From the NCBI GenBank assembly GCA_964016885.1, contig OZ024744.1:23622001-23686000 (forward strand): 64,000 nucleotides of DNA. The letters are read 5' to 3'. Positions 26,001-40,800 of this stretch are shown here, piece by piece. The first letter of the stretch is position 1. Each line of letters starts with the position of its first letter. The position numbers and the translations under genes are program-made. The DNA comes from Eledone cirrhosa (taxonomy: Eukaryota). The notes under the pieces were generated by a model that was not told the origin of the DNA, did no database searches, and was given only the letters and a program-made list of their open reading frames with translations.

Positions 26001-29000
26001 CTGACTCGTTTTAATAACAGTTGAATCTTAAGATAAAACTCGTTTTAACAACAGTTGAATCTTAAGAACTGACTCGTTTTAACAACAGCTGCATCTTAAG
26101 ATAAAATTCGTTTTAACAACAGTTGAATCCTAAGAACTGACTCGTTTTATCAACAGTTCAACCTGAAGAACTGACTCGTTTTAACAACAGTTGAATCTTC
26201 AAATAAAACTCGTTTTAACAACAGTTGAATCTTAAGAACTGACTCGTTTTAACAACAGTTGAATCTTAAGATAAAACTCGTTTTAACAACAGCTGAATCT
26301 TAAGATAAAACTCGTTTTAACAACAGTTGAATCTTAAGAACTGACTCATTTTAACAACAGTTGAATCTTAAGAACTGATTCGTTTTAACAACAGTTGAAT
26401 CTTCAAATAAAACTCGTTTTAACAACAGTTGAATCTTAAGATAAAACTCGTTTTAACAACAGCTGAATCTTAAGATAAAACTCGTTTTAACAACAGTTGA
26501 ATCTTAAGAACTGACTCGTCTTATCAACAGTTGAACCTTAAGAACTGACTCGTTTTAACAACAGTTGAATCTTCAAATAAAACTCGTTTTAACAACAGTT
26601 GAATCTGCAAATAAAACTCGTTTTAACAACAGTTGAATCTTCAAATAAAACTCGTTTTAACAACAGTTGAATATTATGATAAAACTCATTTAACAACAGT
26701 TGATTCTTAAGATAAAACTCGTTTTAACAACAGTTGAATCTTAAGAACTGACTCGTTTTAACAACAGCTGAATCTTAAGATAAAACTCGTTTTAACAACA
26801 GTTGAATCTTAAGATAAAATTCGTTTTAACAATAGTTGAATGTTAAGAACTGGTTCGTTTTAACAACAGTTGGATCTTAAGATAAAACTCGTTTTAACAA
26901 CAGTTGAATCTTAAGAACTGACTCGTTTTAACAACAGTTGAATCTTAAGAACTGACTCGTTTTATCAACAGTTCAACCTTAAGAACTGAGTCGTTTTAAC
27001 AACAGTTGAATCTTCAAATAAAACTCGTTTTAACAACAGTTGAATCTTAAGAACTGATTCGTTTTAACAACAGCTGAATCTTAGGATAAACTCGTATTAA
27101 CAACAGTTGAATCTTAAGATAAACCTCGTTTTAACAACATTTGAATCTTAAGAACTGACTCGTTTTAACAACAGCTGAATCTTAAGATAAAACTCGTTTT
27201 AACAACAGTTGATTCTTAAGAACTGACTCGTTTTATCAACAGTTCAACCTTAAGAACTGACTCGTTTTAACAACAGTTGAATCTTCAAATAAAACTCGTT
27301 TTAACAACAGTTGAATCTTCAAATAAAACTCGTTTTAACAACAGTTGAATATTATGATGAAACTCATTTTAACAACAGCTGATTCTTAAGATAAAACTCG
27401 TTTTAACAACAGTTGAATCTTAAGAACTGACTCGTTTTAACAACAGCTGAATCTTAACATAAAACTCGTTTTAACAACAGTTGAATCTTAAGATAAAATT
27501 CGTTTTAACAATAGTTGAATGTTAAGAACTGGTTCGTTTTAACAACAGTTGGATCTTAAGATAAAACTGGTTTTAACAACAGTTGAATCTTAAGAACTGA
27601 CTCGTTTTAACAACAGTTGAAGCTTAAGAACTGACTCGTTTTAACAACAGTTGAATCTTAAGATAAAACTCGTTTTAACAACAGCTGAATCTTAAGATAA
27701 AACTCGTTTTAACAACAGTTGAATCTTAAAAACTGACTCATTTTAACAACAGTTGAATCTTAAGAACTGATTCGTTTTAACAACAGATGAATCTTAAGAT
27801 AAGACTCGTTTTAACAACAGTTGAATCTTAAGAACTGACTCGTTTTAACAACAGCTGAATCTTAAGATAAAACTCGTTTTACAACAGTTGAATCTTAAGA
27901 ACTGATTCGTTTTAACAACAGCTGAATCTTAAAATAAACTCGTTTTAACAACAGTTGAATCTTAACATAAACCTCGTTTTAACAACATTTGAATCTTAAA
28001 AACTGACTCGGTTTAACAACAGCTGAATCTTAAGATAAAACTCGTTTTAACAACAGTTGAATCTTAAGAACTGACTCGTTTTATCAACAGTTCAACCTTA
28101 AGAACTGACTCGTTTTAACAACAGTTGAATCTTCAAATAAAACTCGTTTTAACAACAGTTGAATATTATGATAAAACTCATTTTAACAACAGTTGATTCT
28201 TAAGATAAAACTCGTTTTAACAACAGTTGAATCTTAAGAACTGACTCGTTTTAACAACAGCTGAATCTTAAGATAAAACTCGTTTTAACAAAAGCTGAAT
28301 CTTAAGATAAACTCGTTTTAACAACAGTTGAATCTTAAGATAAACCTGGTTTTAACATCATTTGAATCTTAAGAACTGACTCGTTTTAACAACAGCTGAA
28401 TCTTAAGATAAAACTCGTTTTAACAACAGTTGAATCTTAAGAACTGACTCATTTTAACAACAGTTGAATCTTAAGAACTGACTCGTTTTATCAACAGTTC
28501 AACCTTAAGAACTGACTCGTTTTAACAACAGTTGAATCTTCAAATAAAACTCGTTTTAACAACAGTTGAATCTTAAGAACTCACTCGTTTTAACAACAGT
28601 TGAATCTTAAGATAAAACTCGTTTTAACAACAGTGGAATCTTAAGAACTGACTCGTTTTAATAACAGTTGAATCTTAAGATAAAACTCGTTTTAACAACA
28701 GTTGAATCTTAAGAACTGACTCGTTTTAACAACAGCTGAATCTTAAGATAAAACTCGTTTTAACGACAGTTGAATCTTAAGAACTGACTCGTTTTATCAA
28801 CAGTTCAACCTTAAGAACTGACTCATTTTAACAACAGTTCCATCTTCAAATAAAACTCGTTTTAACAACAGTTGAATCTTAAGAACTGACTCGTTTTAAC
28901 AACAGTTGAATCTTAAGATAAAACTCGTTTTAACAACAGCTGAATCTTAAGATAAAACTCGTTTTAACAACAGTTGAATCTTAAGATAAAACTCGTTTTA

Positions 29001-32000
29001 ACAACAGTTGAATCTTAAGAACTGACTCATTTTAACAACAGTTGAATCTTAAGAACTGACTCGTTTTAATAACAGTTGAATCTTAAGATAAAACTCGTTT
29101 TAACAACAGTTGAATCTTAAGAACTGACTCGTTTTAACAACAGCTGCATCTTAAGATAAAATTCGTTTTAACAACAGTTGAATCCTAAGAACTGACTCGT
29201 TTTATCAACAGTTCAACCTGAAGAACTGACTCGTTTTAACAACAGTTGAATCTTCAAATAAAACTCGTTTTAACAACAGTTGAATCTTAAGAACTGACTC
29301 GTTTTAACAACAGTTGAATCTTAAGATAAAACTCGTTTTAACAACAGCTGAATCTTAAGATAAAACTCGTTTTAACAACAGTTGAATCTTAAGAACTGAC
29401 TCATTTTAACAACAGTTGAATCTTAAGAACTGATTCGTTTTAACAACAGTTGAATCTTCAAATAAAACTCGTTTTAACAACAGTTGAATCTTAAGATAAA
29501 ACTCGTTTTAACAACAGCTGAATCTTAAGATAAAACTCGTTTTAACAACAGTTGAATCTTAAGAACTGACTCGTCTTATCAACAGTTGAACCTTAAGAAC
29601 TGACTCGTTTTAACAACAGTTGAATCTTCAAATAAAACTCGTTTTAACAACAGTTGAATCTGCAAATAAAACTCGTTTTAACAACAGTTGAATCTTCAAA
29701 TAAAACTCGTTTTAACAACAGTTGAATATTATGATAAAACTCATTTAACAACAGTTGATTCTTAAGATAAAACTCGTTTTAACAACAGTTGAATCTTAAG
29801 AACTGACTCGTTTTAACAACAGCTGAATCTTAAGATAAAACTCGTTTTAACAACAGTTGAATCTTAAGATAAAATTCGTTTTAACAATAGTTGAATGTTA
29901 AGAACTGGTTCGTTTTAACAACAGTTGGATCTTAAGATAAAACTCGTTTTAACAACAGTTGAATCTTAAGAACTGACTCGTTTTAACAACAGTTGAATCT
30001 TAAGAACTGACTCGTTTTATCAACAGTTCAACCTTAAGAACTGAGTCGTTTTAACAACAGTTGAATCTTCAAATAAAACTCGTTTTAACAACAGTTGAAT
30101 CTTAAGAACTGATTCGTTTTAACAACAGCTGAATCTTAGGATAAACTCGTATTAACAACAGTTGAATCTTAAGATAAACCTCGTTTTAACAACATTTGAA
30201 TCTTAAGAACTGACTCGTTTTAACAACAGCTGAATCTTAAGATAAAACTCGTTTTAACAACAGTTGATTCTTAAGAACTGACTCGTTTTATCAACAGTTC
30301 AACCTTAAGAACTGACTCGTTTTAACAACAGTTGAATCTTCAAATAAAACTCGTTTTAACAACAGTTGAATCTTCAAATAAAACTCGTTTTAACAACAGT
30401 TGAATATTATGATGAAACTCATTTTAACAACAGCTGATTCTTAAGATAAAACTCGTTTTAACAACAGTTGAATCTTAAGAACTGACTCGTTTTAACAACA
30501 GCTGAATCTTAACATAAAACTCGTTTTAACAACAGTTGAATCTTAAGATAAAATTCGTTTTAACAATAGTTGAATGTTAAGAACTGGTTCGTTTTAACAA
30601 CAGTTGGATCTTAAGATAAAACTGGTTTTAACAACAGTTGAATCTTAAGAACTGACTCGTTTTAACAACAGTTGAAGCTTAAGAACTGACTCGTTTTAAC
30701 AACAGTTGAATCTTAAGATAAAACTCGTTTTAACAACAGCTGAATCTTAAGATAAAACTCGTTTTAACAACAGTTGAATCTTAAAAACTGACTCATTTTA
30801 ACAACAGTTGAATCTTAAGAACTGATTCGTTTTAACAACAGATGAATCTTAAGATAAGACTCGTTTTAACAACAGTTGAATCTTAAGAACTGACTCGTTT
30901 TAACAACAGCTGAATCTTAAGATAAAACTCGTTTTACAACAGTTGAATCTTAAGAACTGATTCGTTTTAACAACAGCTGAATCTTAAAATAAACTCGTTT
31001 TAACAACAGTTGAATCTTAACATAAACCTCGTTTTAACAACATTTGAATCTTAAAAACTGACTCGGTTTAACAACAGCTGAATCTTAAGATAAAACTCGT
31101 TTTAACAACAGTTGAATCTTAAGAACTGACTCGTTTTATCAACAGTTCAACCTTAAGAACTGACTCGTTTTAACAACAGTTGAATCTTCAAATAAAACTC
31201 GTTTTAACAACAGTTGAATATTATGATAAAACTCATTTTAACAACAGTTGATTCTTAAGATAAAACTCGTTTTAACAACAGTTGAATCTTAAGAACTGAC
31301 TCGTTTTAACAACAGTTGAATCTTAAGAACTAACTCGTTTTATCAACAGTTCAACCTTAAGAACTGACTCGTTTTAACAACAGTTGAATCTTCAAATAAA
31401 ACTCGTTTTAACAACAGTTGAATCTTAAGAACTGACTCGTTTTAACAACAGCTGAATCTTAAGATAAAACTCGTTTTAACGACAGTTGAATCTTACGAAC
31501 TGACTCGTTTTATCAACAGTTCAACCTTAAAAACTGACTCATTTTAACAACAGTTGAATCTTCAAATAAAACTCGTTTTAACAACAGTTGAATCTTAAGA
31601 ACTGATTCGTTTTAACAACAGCTGAATCTTAAGATAAACTCGTTTTAACAACAGTTGAATCTTAAGATAAACCTCGTTTTAACAACATTTGAATCTTAAG
31701 AACTGACTCGTTTTAACAACAGCTGCATCTTAAGATAAAACTCGTTTTAACAACAGTTGAATCCTAAGAACTGACTCGTTTTATCAACAGTTCAACCTGA
31801 AGAACTGACTGGTTTTAACAACAGTTGAATCTTCAAATAAAACTCGTTTTAACAACAGTTGAATCTTAAGAACTGACTCGTTTTAACAACAGTTGAATCT
31901 TAAGATAAAACTCGTTTTAACAACAGCTGAATCTTAAGATAAAACTCGTTTTAACAACAATTGAATCTTAAGATAAAACTCGTTTTAACAACAGTTGAAT

Positions 32001-33630
32001 CTTAAGAACTGACTCATTTTAACAACAGTTGAATCTTAAGAACTGATTCGTTTTAACAACAGTTGAATCTTAAGATAAAACTCGTTTTAACAACAGTTGA
32101 ATCTTAAGAACTGACTTGTTTTAACAACAGCTGAATCTTAAGAGAAAACTCGTTTTACAACAGTTGATTCTTAAGATAAAACTCGTTTTAACAACAGTTG
32201 AATCTTAAGAACTGACTCGTGTTAACAACAGTTGAATCTTAAGAACTGACTCGTTTTATCAACAGTTCAACCTTAAGAACTCACTCGTTTTAACAACAGT
32301 TGAATCTTAAGATAAAACTCGTTTTAACAACAGTTGAATCTTAAGATAAAACTCGTTTTAACAACAGTGGAATCTTAAGAACTGACTCGTTATAATAACA
32401 GTTGAATCTTAAGATAAAACTCGTTTTAACAACAGTTGAATCTTAAGAACTGACTCGTTTTAACAACAGCTGAATCTTAAGATAAAACTCGTTTTAACAA
32501 AAGCTGAATCTTAAGATAAACTCGTTTTAACAACAGTTGAATCTTAAGATAAACCTGGTTTTAACATCATTTGAATCTTAAGAACTGACTCGTTTTAACA
32601 ACAGCTGAATCTTAAGATAAAACTCGTTTTAACAACAGTTGAATCTTAAGAACTGACTCATTTTAACAACAGTTGAATCTTAAGAACTGACTCGTTTTAT
32701 CAACAGTTCAACCTTAAGAACTGACTCGTTTTAACAACAGTTGAATCTTCAAATAAAACTCGTTTTAACAACAGTTGAATCTTAAGAACTCACTCGTTTT
32801 AACAACAGTTGAATCTTAAGATAAAACTCGTTTTAACAACAGTGGAATCTTAAGAACTGACTCGTTTTAATAACAGTTGAATCTTAAGATAAAACTCGTT
32901 TTAACAACAGTTGAATCTTAAGAACTGACTCGTTTTAACAACAGCTGAATCTTAAGATAAAACTCGTTTTAACGACAGTTGAATCTTAAGAACTGACTCG
33001 TTTTATCAACAGTTCAACCTTAAGAACTGACTCATTTTAACAACAGTTCCATCTTCAAATAAAACTCGTTTTAACAACAGTTGAATCTTAAGAACTGACT
33101 CGTTTTAACAACAGTTGAATCTTAAGATAAAACTCGTTTTAACAACAGCTGAATCTTAAGATAAAACTCGTTTTAACAACAGTTGAATCTTAAGATAAAA
33201 CTCGTTTTAACAACAGTTGAATCTTAAGAACTGACTCATTTTAACAACAGTTGAATCTTAAGAACTGACTCGTTTTAATAACAGTTGAATCTTAAGATAA
33301 AACTCGTTTTAACAACAGTTGAATCTTAAGAACTGACTCGTTTTAACAACAGCTGCATCTTAAGATAAAACTCGTTTTAACAACAGTTGAATCCTAAGAA
33401 CTGACTCGTTTTATCAACAGTTCAACCTGAAGAACTGACTCGTTTTAACAACAGTTGAATCTTCAAATAAAACTCGTTTTAACAACAGTTGAATCTTAAG
33501 AACTGACTCGTTTTAACAACAGTTGAATCTTAAGATAAAACTCGTTTTAACAACAGCTGAATCTTAAGATAAAACTCGTTTTAACAACAGTTGAATCTTA
33601 AGAACTGACTCATTTTAACAACAGTTGAAT
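22250..33630 (+). repeat. 4,209-bp (124-monomer) duplication interrupted by a nested 3,055-bp duplication
   Basis: AAGCTT at 23411/27620 (4,209) and 30675 (7,264 = 4,209+3,055). CAACAATT 24691/31955 and AGAGAAAA 24877/32141 are also offset 7,264. Confidence 0.78.
25143..31315 (+). repeat. Tandem duplication, period 3,055 bp (90 monomers), apparently identical copies
   Basis: CTGGTTTTAACATC 25291/28346, AGTTCC 25781/28836, TTAGGATAAA 27081/30136 and AAGCTT 27620/30675 share offset 3,055 = 90x34-5. Confidence 0.9.
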
Positions 33631-35131
33631 CTTAAGAGAAAACTCGTTTTACAACAGTTGATTCTTAAGATAAAACTCGTTTTAACAACAGTTGAATCTT
33701 AAGAACTGACTCGTGTTAACAACAGTTGAATCTTAAGAACTGACTCGTTTTATCAACAGTTCAACCTTAAGAACTCACTCGTTTTAACAACAGTTGAATC
33801 TTAAGATAAAACTCGTTTTAACAACAGTTGAATCTTAAGATAAAACTCGTTTTAACAACAGTGGAATCTTAAGAACTGACTCGTTATAATAACAGTTGAA
33901 TCTTAAGATAAAACTCGTTTTAACAACAGTTGAATCTTAAGAACTGACTCGTTTTAACAACAGCTGAATCTTAAGATAAAACTCGTTTTAACAAAAGCTG
34001 AATCTTAAGATAAACTCGTTTTAACAACAGTTGAATCTTAAGATAAACCTGGTTTTAACATCATTTGAATCTTAAGAACTGACTCGTTTTAACAACAGCT
34101 GAATCTTAAGATAAAACTCGTTTTAACAACAGTTGAATCTTAAGAACTGACTCATTTTAACAACAGTTGAATCTTAAGAACTGACTCGTTTTATCAACAG
34201 TTCAACCTTAAGAACTGACTCGTTTTAACAACAGTTGAATCTTCAAATAAAACTCGTTTTAACAACAGTTGAATCTTAAGAACTCACTCGTTTTAACAAC
34301 AGTTGAATCTTAAGATAAAACTCGTTTTAACAACAGTGGAATCTTAAGAACTGACTCGTTTTAATAACAGTTGAATCTTAAGATAAAACTCGTTTTAACA
34401 ACAGTTGAATCTTAAGAACTGACTCGTTTTAACAACAGCTGAATCTTAAGATAAAACTCGTTTTAACGACAGTTGAATCTTAAGAACTGACTCGTTTTAT
34501 CAACAGTTCAACCTTAAGAACTGACTCATTATAACAACAGTTCCATCTTCAAATAAAACTCGTTTTAACAACAGTTGAATCTTAAGAACTGACTCGTTTT
34601 AACAACAGTTGAATCTTAAGATAAAACTCGTTTTAACAACAGCTGAATCTTAAGATAAAACTCGTTTTAACAACAGTTGAATCTTAAGATAAAACTCGTT
34701 TTAACAACAGTTGAATCTTAAGAACTGACTCATTTTAACAACAGTTGAATCTTAAGAACTGACTCGTTTTAATAACAGTTGAATCTTAAGATAAAACTCG
34801 TTTTAACAACAGTTGAATCTTAAGAACTGACTCGTTTTAACAACAGCTGCATCTTAAGATAAAACTCGTTTTAACAACAGTTGAATCCTAAGAACTGACT
34901 CGTTTTATCAACAGTTCAACCTGAAGAACTGACTCGTTTTAACAACAGTTGAATCTTCAAATAAAACTCGTTTTAACAACAGTTGAATCTTAAGAACTGA
35001 CTCGTTTTAACAACAGTTGAATCTTAAGATAAAACTCGTTTTAACAACAGCTGAATCTTAAGATAAAACTCGTTTTAACAACAGTTGAATCTTAAGAACT
35101 GACTCATTTTAACAACAGTTGAATCTTAAGA
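32132..35131 (+). repeat. Tandem duplication, period 1,494 bp (44 monomers)
   Basis: AGAGAAAA 32141/33635 and TATAAT 32391/33885 share offset 1,494 = 44x34-2. One private difference seen at 34531. Confidence 0.88.
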
Positions 35132-37839
35132 ACTGATTCGTTTTAACAACAGTTGAATCTTCAAATAAAACTCGTTTTAACAACAGTTGAATATTATGAT
35201 AAAACTCATTTTAACAACAGTTGATTCTTAAGATAAAACTCGTTTTAACGACAGTGAATCTTAAGAACTGACTCGTTTTAACAACAGCTGAATCTTAAGA
35301 TAAAACTCGTTTTAACAACAGTTGAATCTTAAGAACTGACTCGTTTTAACAACAGTTGAATCTTAAGAACTGACTCGTTTTATCAACAGTTCAACCTTAA
35401 GAACTGACTCGTTTTAACAACAGTTGAATCTTCAAATAAAACTCGTTTTAACAACAGTTGAATCTTAGGAACTGATTCGTTTTAACAACAGCTGAATCTT
35501 AAGATAAACTCGTATTAACAACAGTTGAATCTTAAGATAAACCTCGTTTTAACAACATTTGAATCTTAAGAACTGACTCGTTTTAACAACAGCTGAATCT
35601 TAAGATAAAACTCGTTTTAACAACAGTTGAATCTTAAGAACTGACTCGTTTTATCAACAGTTCAACCTTAAGAACTGACTCGTTTTAACAACAGTTGAAT
35701 CTTGAAATAAAACTCGTTTTAACAACAGTTGAATCTTCAAATAAAACTCGTTTTAACAACAGTTGAATATTATGATAAACCTCATTTTAACAACAGCTGA
35801 TTCTTAAGATAAAACTCGTTTTAACAACAGTTGAATCTTAAGAACTGATTCGTTTTAACAACAGCTGAATCTTAAGATAAAACTCGTTTTAACAACAGTT
35901 GAATCTTAAGATAAAATTCGTTTTAACAATAGTTGAATGTTAAGAACTGGTTCGTTTTAACAACAGTTGGATCTTAAGATAAAACTCGTTTTAACAACAG
36001 TTGAATATTAAGAACTGACTCGTTTTAACAACAGTTGAATCTTAAGAACTGACTCGTTTTAACAACAGTTGAATCTTAAGATAAAACTCGTTTTAACAAC
36101 AGCTGAATCTTAAGATAAAACTCGTTTTAACAACAGTTGAATCTTAAGATAAAACTCGTTTTAACAACAGTTGAATCTTAAGAACTGACTCATTTTAACA
36201 ACAGTTGAATCTTAATAACTGATTCGTTTTAACAACAGATGAATCTTAAGATAAAACTCGTTTTAACAACAGTTGAATCTTAAGAACTGACTCGTTTTAA
36301 CAACGGCTGAATCTTAAGATAAAACTCGTTTTACAACAGTTGAATCTTAAGAACTGATTCGTTTTAACAACAGCTGAATATTAAGATAAACTCGTTTTAA
36401 CAACAGTTGAATCTTAACATAAACCTCGTTTTAACAACATTTGAATCTTAAAAACTGACTCGTTTTAACAACAGCTGAATCTTAAGATAAAACTCGTTTT
36501 AACAACAGTTGAATCTTCAAATAAAACTCGTTTTAACAACAGTTGAATATTATGATAAAACTCATTTTAACAACAGTTGATTCTTAAGATAAAACTCGTT
36601 TTAACAACAGTTGAATCTTAAGAACTGACTCGTTTTAACAACAGTTGAATCTTAAGAACTGACTCGTTTTATCAACAGTTCAACCTTAAGAACTGACTCG
36701 TTTTAACAACAGTTGAATCTTCAAATAAAACTCGTTTTAACAACAGTTGAATCTTAAGAACTCACTCGTTTTAACAACAGTTGAATCTTAAGATAAAACT
36801 CGTTTTAACAACAGTTGAATCTTAAGATAAAACTCGTTTTAACAACAGTGGAATCTTAAGAACTGACTCGTTTTAATAACAGTTGAATCTTAAGATAAAA
36901 CTCGTTTTAACAACAGTTGAATCTTAAGAACTGACTCGTTTTAACAACAGCTGAATCTTAATATAAAACTCGTTTTACAACAGTTGAATCTTAAGAACTG
37001 ATTCGTTTTAACAACAGCTGAATATTAAGATAAACTCGTTTTAACAACAGTTTAATCTTAACATAAACCTCGTTTTAACAACATTTGAATCTTAAAAAGT
37101 TACTCGTTTTAACAACATTTGAATCTTAAGAACTGACTCGTTTTAACAACAGCTGAATCTTAAGATAAACCTCGTTTTAACAACAGTTGAATCTTAAGAA
37201 CTGACTCGTCTTATCAACAGTTCAACCTTAAGAACTGACTCGTTTTAACAACAGTTGAATCTTCAAATAAAACTCGTTTTAACAACAGTTGAATCTTAAG
37301 AACTGACTCGTTTTAACAACAGCTGAATCTTAAGATAAAACTCGTTTTAACAACAGTTGAATCTTAAGATAAAATTCGTTTTAACAATAGTTGAATGTTA
37401 AGAACTGGTTCGTTTTAACAACAGTTGGATCTTAAGATAAAACTCGTTTTAACAACTGTTGAATCTTAAGAACTGACTCGTTTTAACAACAGTTGAATCT
37501 TAAGAACTGACTCGTTTTAACAACAGTTGAATCTTAAGATAAAACTCGTTTTAACAACAGCTGAATCTTAAGATAAAACTCGTTTTAACAACAGTTGAAT
37601 CTTAAGATAAAACTCGTTTTAACAACAGTTGAATCTTAAGAACTGACTCATTTTAACAACAGTTGAATCTTAATAACTGATTCGTTTTAACAACAGATGA
37701 ATCTTAAGATAAAACTCGTTTTAACAACAGTTGAATCTTAAGAACTGACTCGTTTTAACAACGGCTGAATCTTAAGATAAAACTCGTTTTACAACAGTTG
37801 AATCTTAAGAACTGATTCGTTTTAACAACAGCTGAATAT

Positions 37840-40800
37840 TAAGATAAACTCGTTTTAACAACAGTTGAATCTTAACATAAACCTCGTTTTAACAACATTT
37901 GAATCTTAAAAACTGACTCGTTTTAACAACAGCTGAATCTTAAGATAAAACTCGTTTTAACAACAGTTGAATCTTCAAATAAAACTCGTTTTAACAACAG
38001 TTGAATATTATGATAAAACTCATTTTAACAACAGTTGATTCTTAAGATAAAACTCGTTTTAACAACAGTTGAATCTTAAGAACTGACTAGTTTTAACAAC
38101 AGTTGAATCTTAAGAACTGACTCGTTTTATCAACAGTTCAACCTTAAGAACTGACTCGTTTTAACAACAGTTGAATCTTCAAATAAAACTCGTTTTAACA
38201 ACAGTTGAATCTTAAGAACTCACTCGTTTTAACAACAGTTGAATCTTAAGATAAAACTCGTTTTAACAACAGTTGAATCTTAAGATAAAACTCGTTTTAA
38301 CAACAGTGGAATCTTAAGAACTGACTCGTTTTAATAACAGTTGAATCTTAAGATAAAACTCGTTTTAACAACAGTTGAATCTTAAGAACTGACTCGTTTT
38401 AACAACAGCTGAATCTTAATATAAAACTCGTTTTACAACAGTTGAATCTTAAGAACTGATTCGTTTTAACAACAGCTGAATATTAAGATAAACTCGTTTT
38501 AACAACAGTTGAATCTTAACATAAACGTCGTTTTAACAACATTTGAATCTTAAAAAGTTACTCGTTTTAACAACAGCTGAATCTTAAGATAAAACTCGTT
38601 TTAACAACAGTTGAATCTTCAAATAAAACTCGTTTTAACAACAGTTGAATATTATGATAAAACTCATTTTAACAACAGTTGATTCTTAAGATAAAACTCG
38701 TTTTAACAACAGTTGAATCTTAAGAACTGACTCGTTTTAACAACAGTTGAATCTTAAGAACTGACTCGTTTTATGAACAGTTCAACCTTAAGAACTGACT
38801 CGTTTTAACAACAGTTGAATCTTCAAATAAAACTCGTTTTAACAACAGTTGAATCTTAAGAACTCACTCGTTTTAACAACAGTTGAATCTTAAGATAAAA
38901 CTCGTTTTAACAACAGTTGAATCTTAAGATAAAACTCGTTTTAACAACAGTGGAATCTTAAGAACTGACTCGTTTTAATAACAGTTGAATCTTAAGATAA
39001 AACTCGTTTTAACAACAGTTGAATCTTAAGAACTGACTCGCTTTAACAACAGCTGAATCTTAAGATAAAACTCGTTTTAACAAAAGCTGAATCTTAAGAT
39101 AAACTCGTTTTAACAACAGTTGAATCTTAAGATAAACCTCGTTTTAACAACATTTGAATCTTAAGAACTGACTCGTTTTAACAACAGCTGAATCTTAAGA
39201 TAAACCTCGTTTTAACAACAGTTGAATCTTAAGAACTGACTCGTCTTATCAACAGTTCAACCTTAAGAACTGACTCGTTTTAACAACAGTTGAATCTTCA
39301 AATAAAACTCGTTTTAACAACAGTTGAATCTGCAAATAAAACTCGTTTTAACAACAGTTGAATCTTCAAATAAAACTCGTTTTAACAACAGTTGAATATT
39401 ATGATAAAACTCATTTAACAACAGTTGATTCTTAAGATAAAACTCGTTTTAACAACAGTTGAATCTTAAGAACTGACTCGTTTTAACAACAGCTGAATCT
39501 TAAGATAAAACTCGTTTTAACAACAGTTGAATCTTAAGATAAAATTCGTTTTAACAATAGTTGAATGTTAAGAACTGGTTCGTTTTAACAACAGTTGGAT
39601 CTTAAGATAAAACTCGTTTTAACAACAGTTGAATCTTAAGAACTGACTCGTTTTAACAACAGTTGAATCTTAAGAACTGACTCGTTTTATCAACAGTTGA
39701 ACCTTAAGAACTGAGTCGTTTTAACAACAGTTGAATCTTCAAATAAAACTCGTTTTAACAACAGTTGAATCTTAAGAACTGATTCGTTTTAACAACAGCT
39801 GAATCTTAAGATAAACTCGTATTAACAACAGTTGAATCTTAAGATAAACCTCGTTTTAACAACATTTGAATCTTAAGAACTGACTCGTTTTAACAACAGA
39901 TGAATCTTAAGATAAAACTCGTTTTAACAACAGTTGATTCTTAAGAACTGACTCGTTTTATCAACAGTTCAACCTTAAGAACTGACTCGTTTTAACAACA
40001 GTTGAATCTTCAAATAAAACTCGTTTTAACAACAGTTGAATCTTCAAATAAAACTCGTTTTAACAACAGTTGAATATTATGATGAAACTCATTTTAACAA
40101 CAGCTGATTCTTAAGATAAAACTCGTTTTAACAACAGTTGAATCTTAAGAACTGACTCGTTTTAACAACAGCTGAATCTTAAGATAAAACTCGTTTTAAC
40201 AACAGTTGAATCTTAAGATACAATTCGTTTTAACAATAGTTGAATGTTAAGAACTGGTTCGTTTTAACAACAGTTGGATCTTAAGATAAAACTGGTTTTA
40301 ACAACAGTTGAATCTTAAGAACTGACTCGTTTTAACAACAGTTGAATCTTAAGAACTGACTCGTTTTAACAACAGTTGAATCTTAAGATAAAACTCGTTT
40401 TAACAACAGTTGAATCTTAAAAACTGACTCATTTTAACAACAGTTGAATCTTAAGAACTGATTCGTTTTAACAACAGATGAATCTTAAGATAAAACTCGT
40501 TTTAACAACAGTTGAATCTTAAGAACTGACTCGTTTTAACAACAGCTGAATCTTAAGATAAAACTCGTTTTACAACAGTTGAATCTTAAGAACTGATTCG
40601 TTTTAACAACAGCTGAATCTTAAGATAAACTCGTTTTAACAACAGTTGAATCTTAACATAAACCTCGTTTTAACAACATTTGAATCTTAAAAACTGACTC
40701 GTTTTAACAACAGCTGAATCTTAAGATAAAACTCGTTTTAACAACAGTTGAATCTTCAAATAAAACTCGTTTTAACAACAGTTGAATATTATGATAAAAC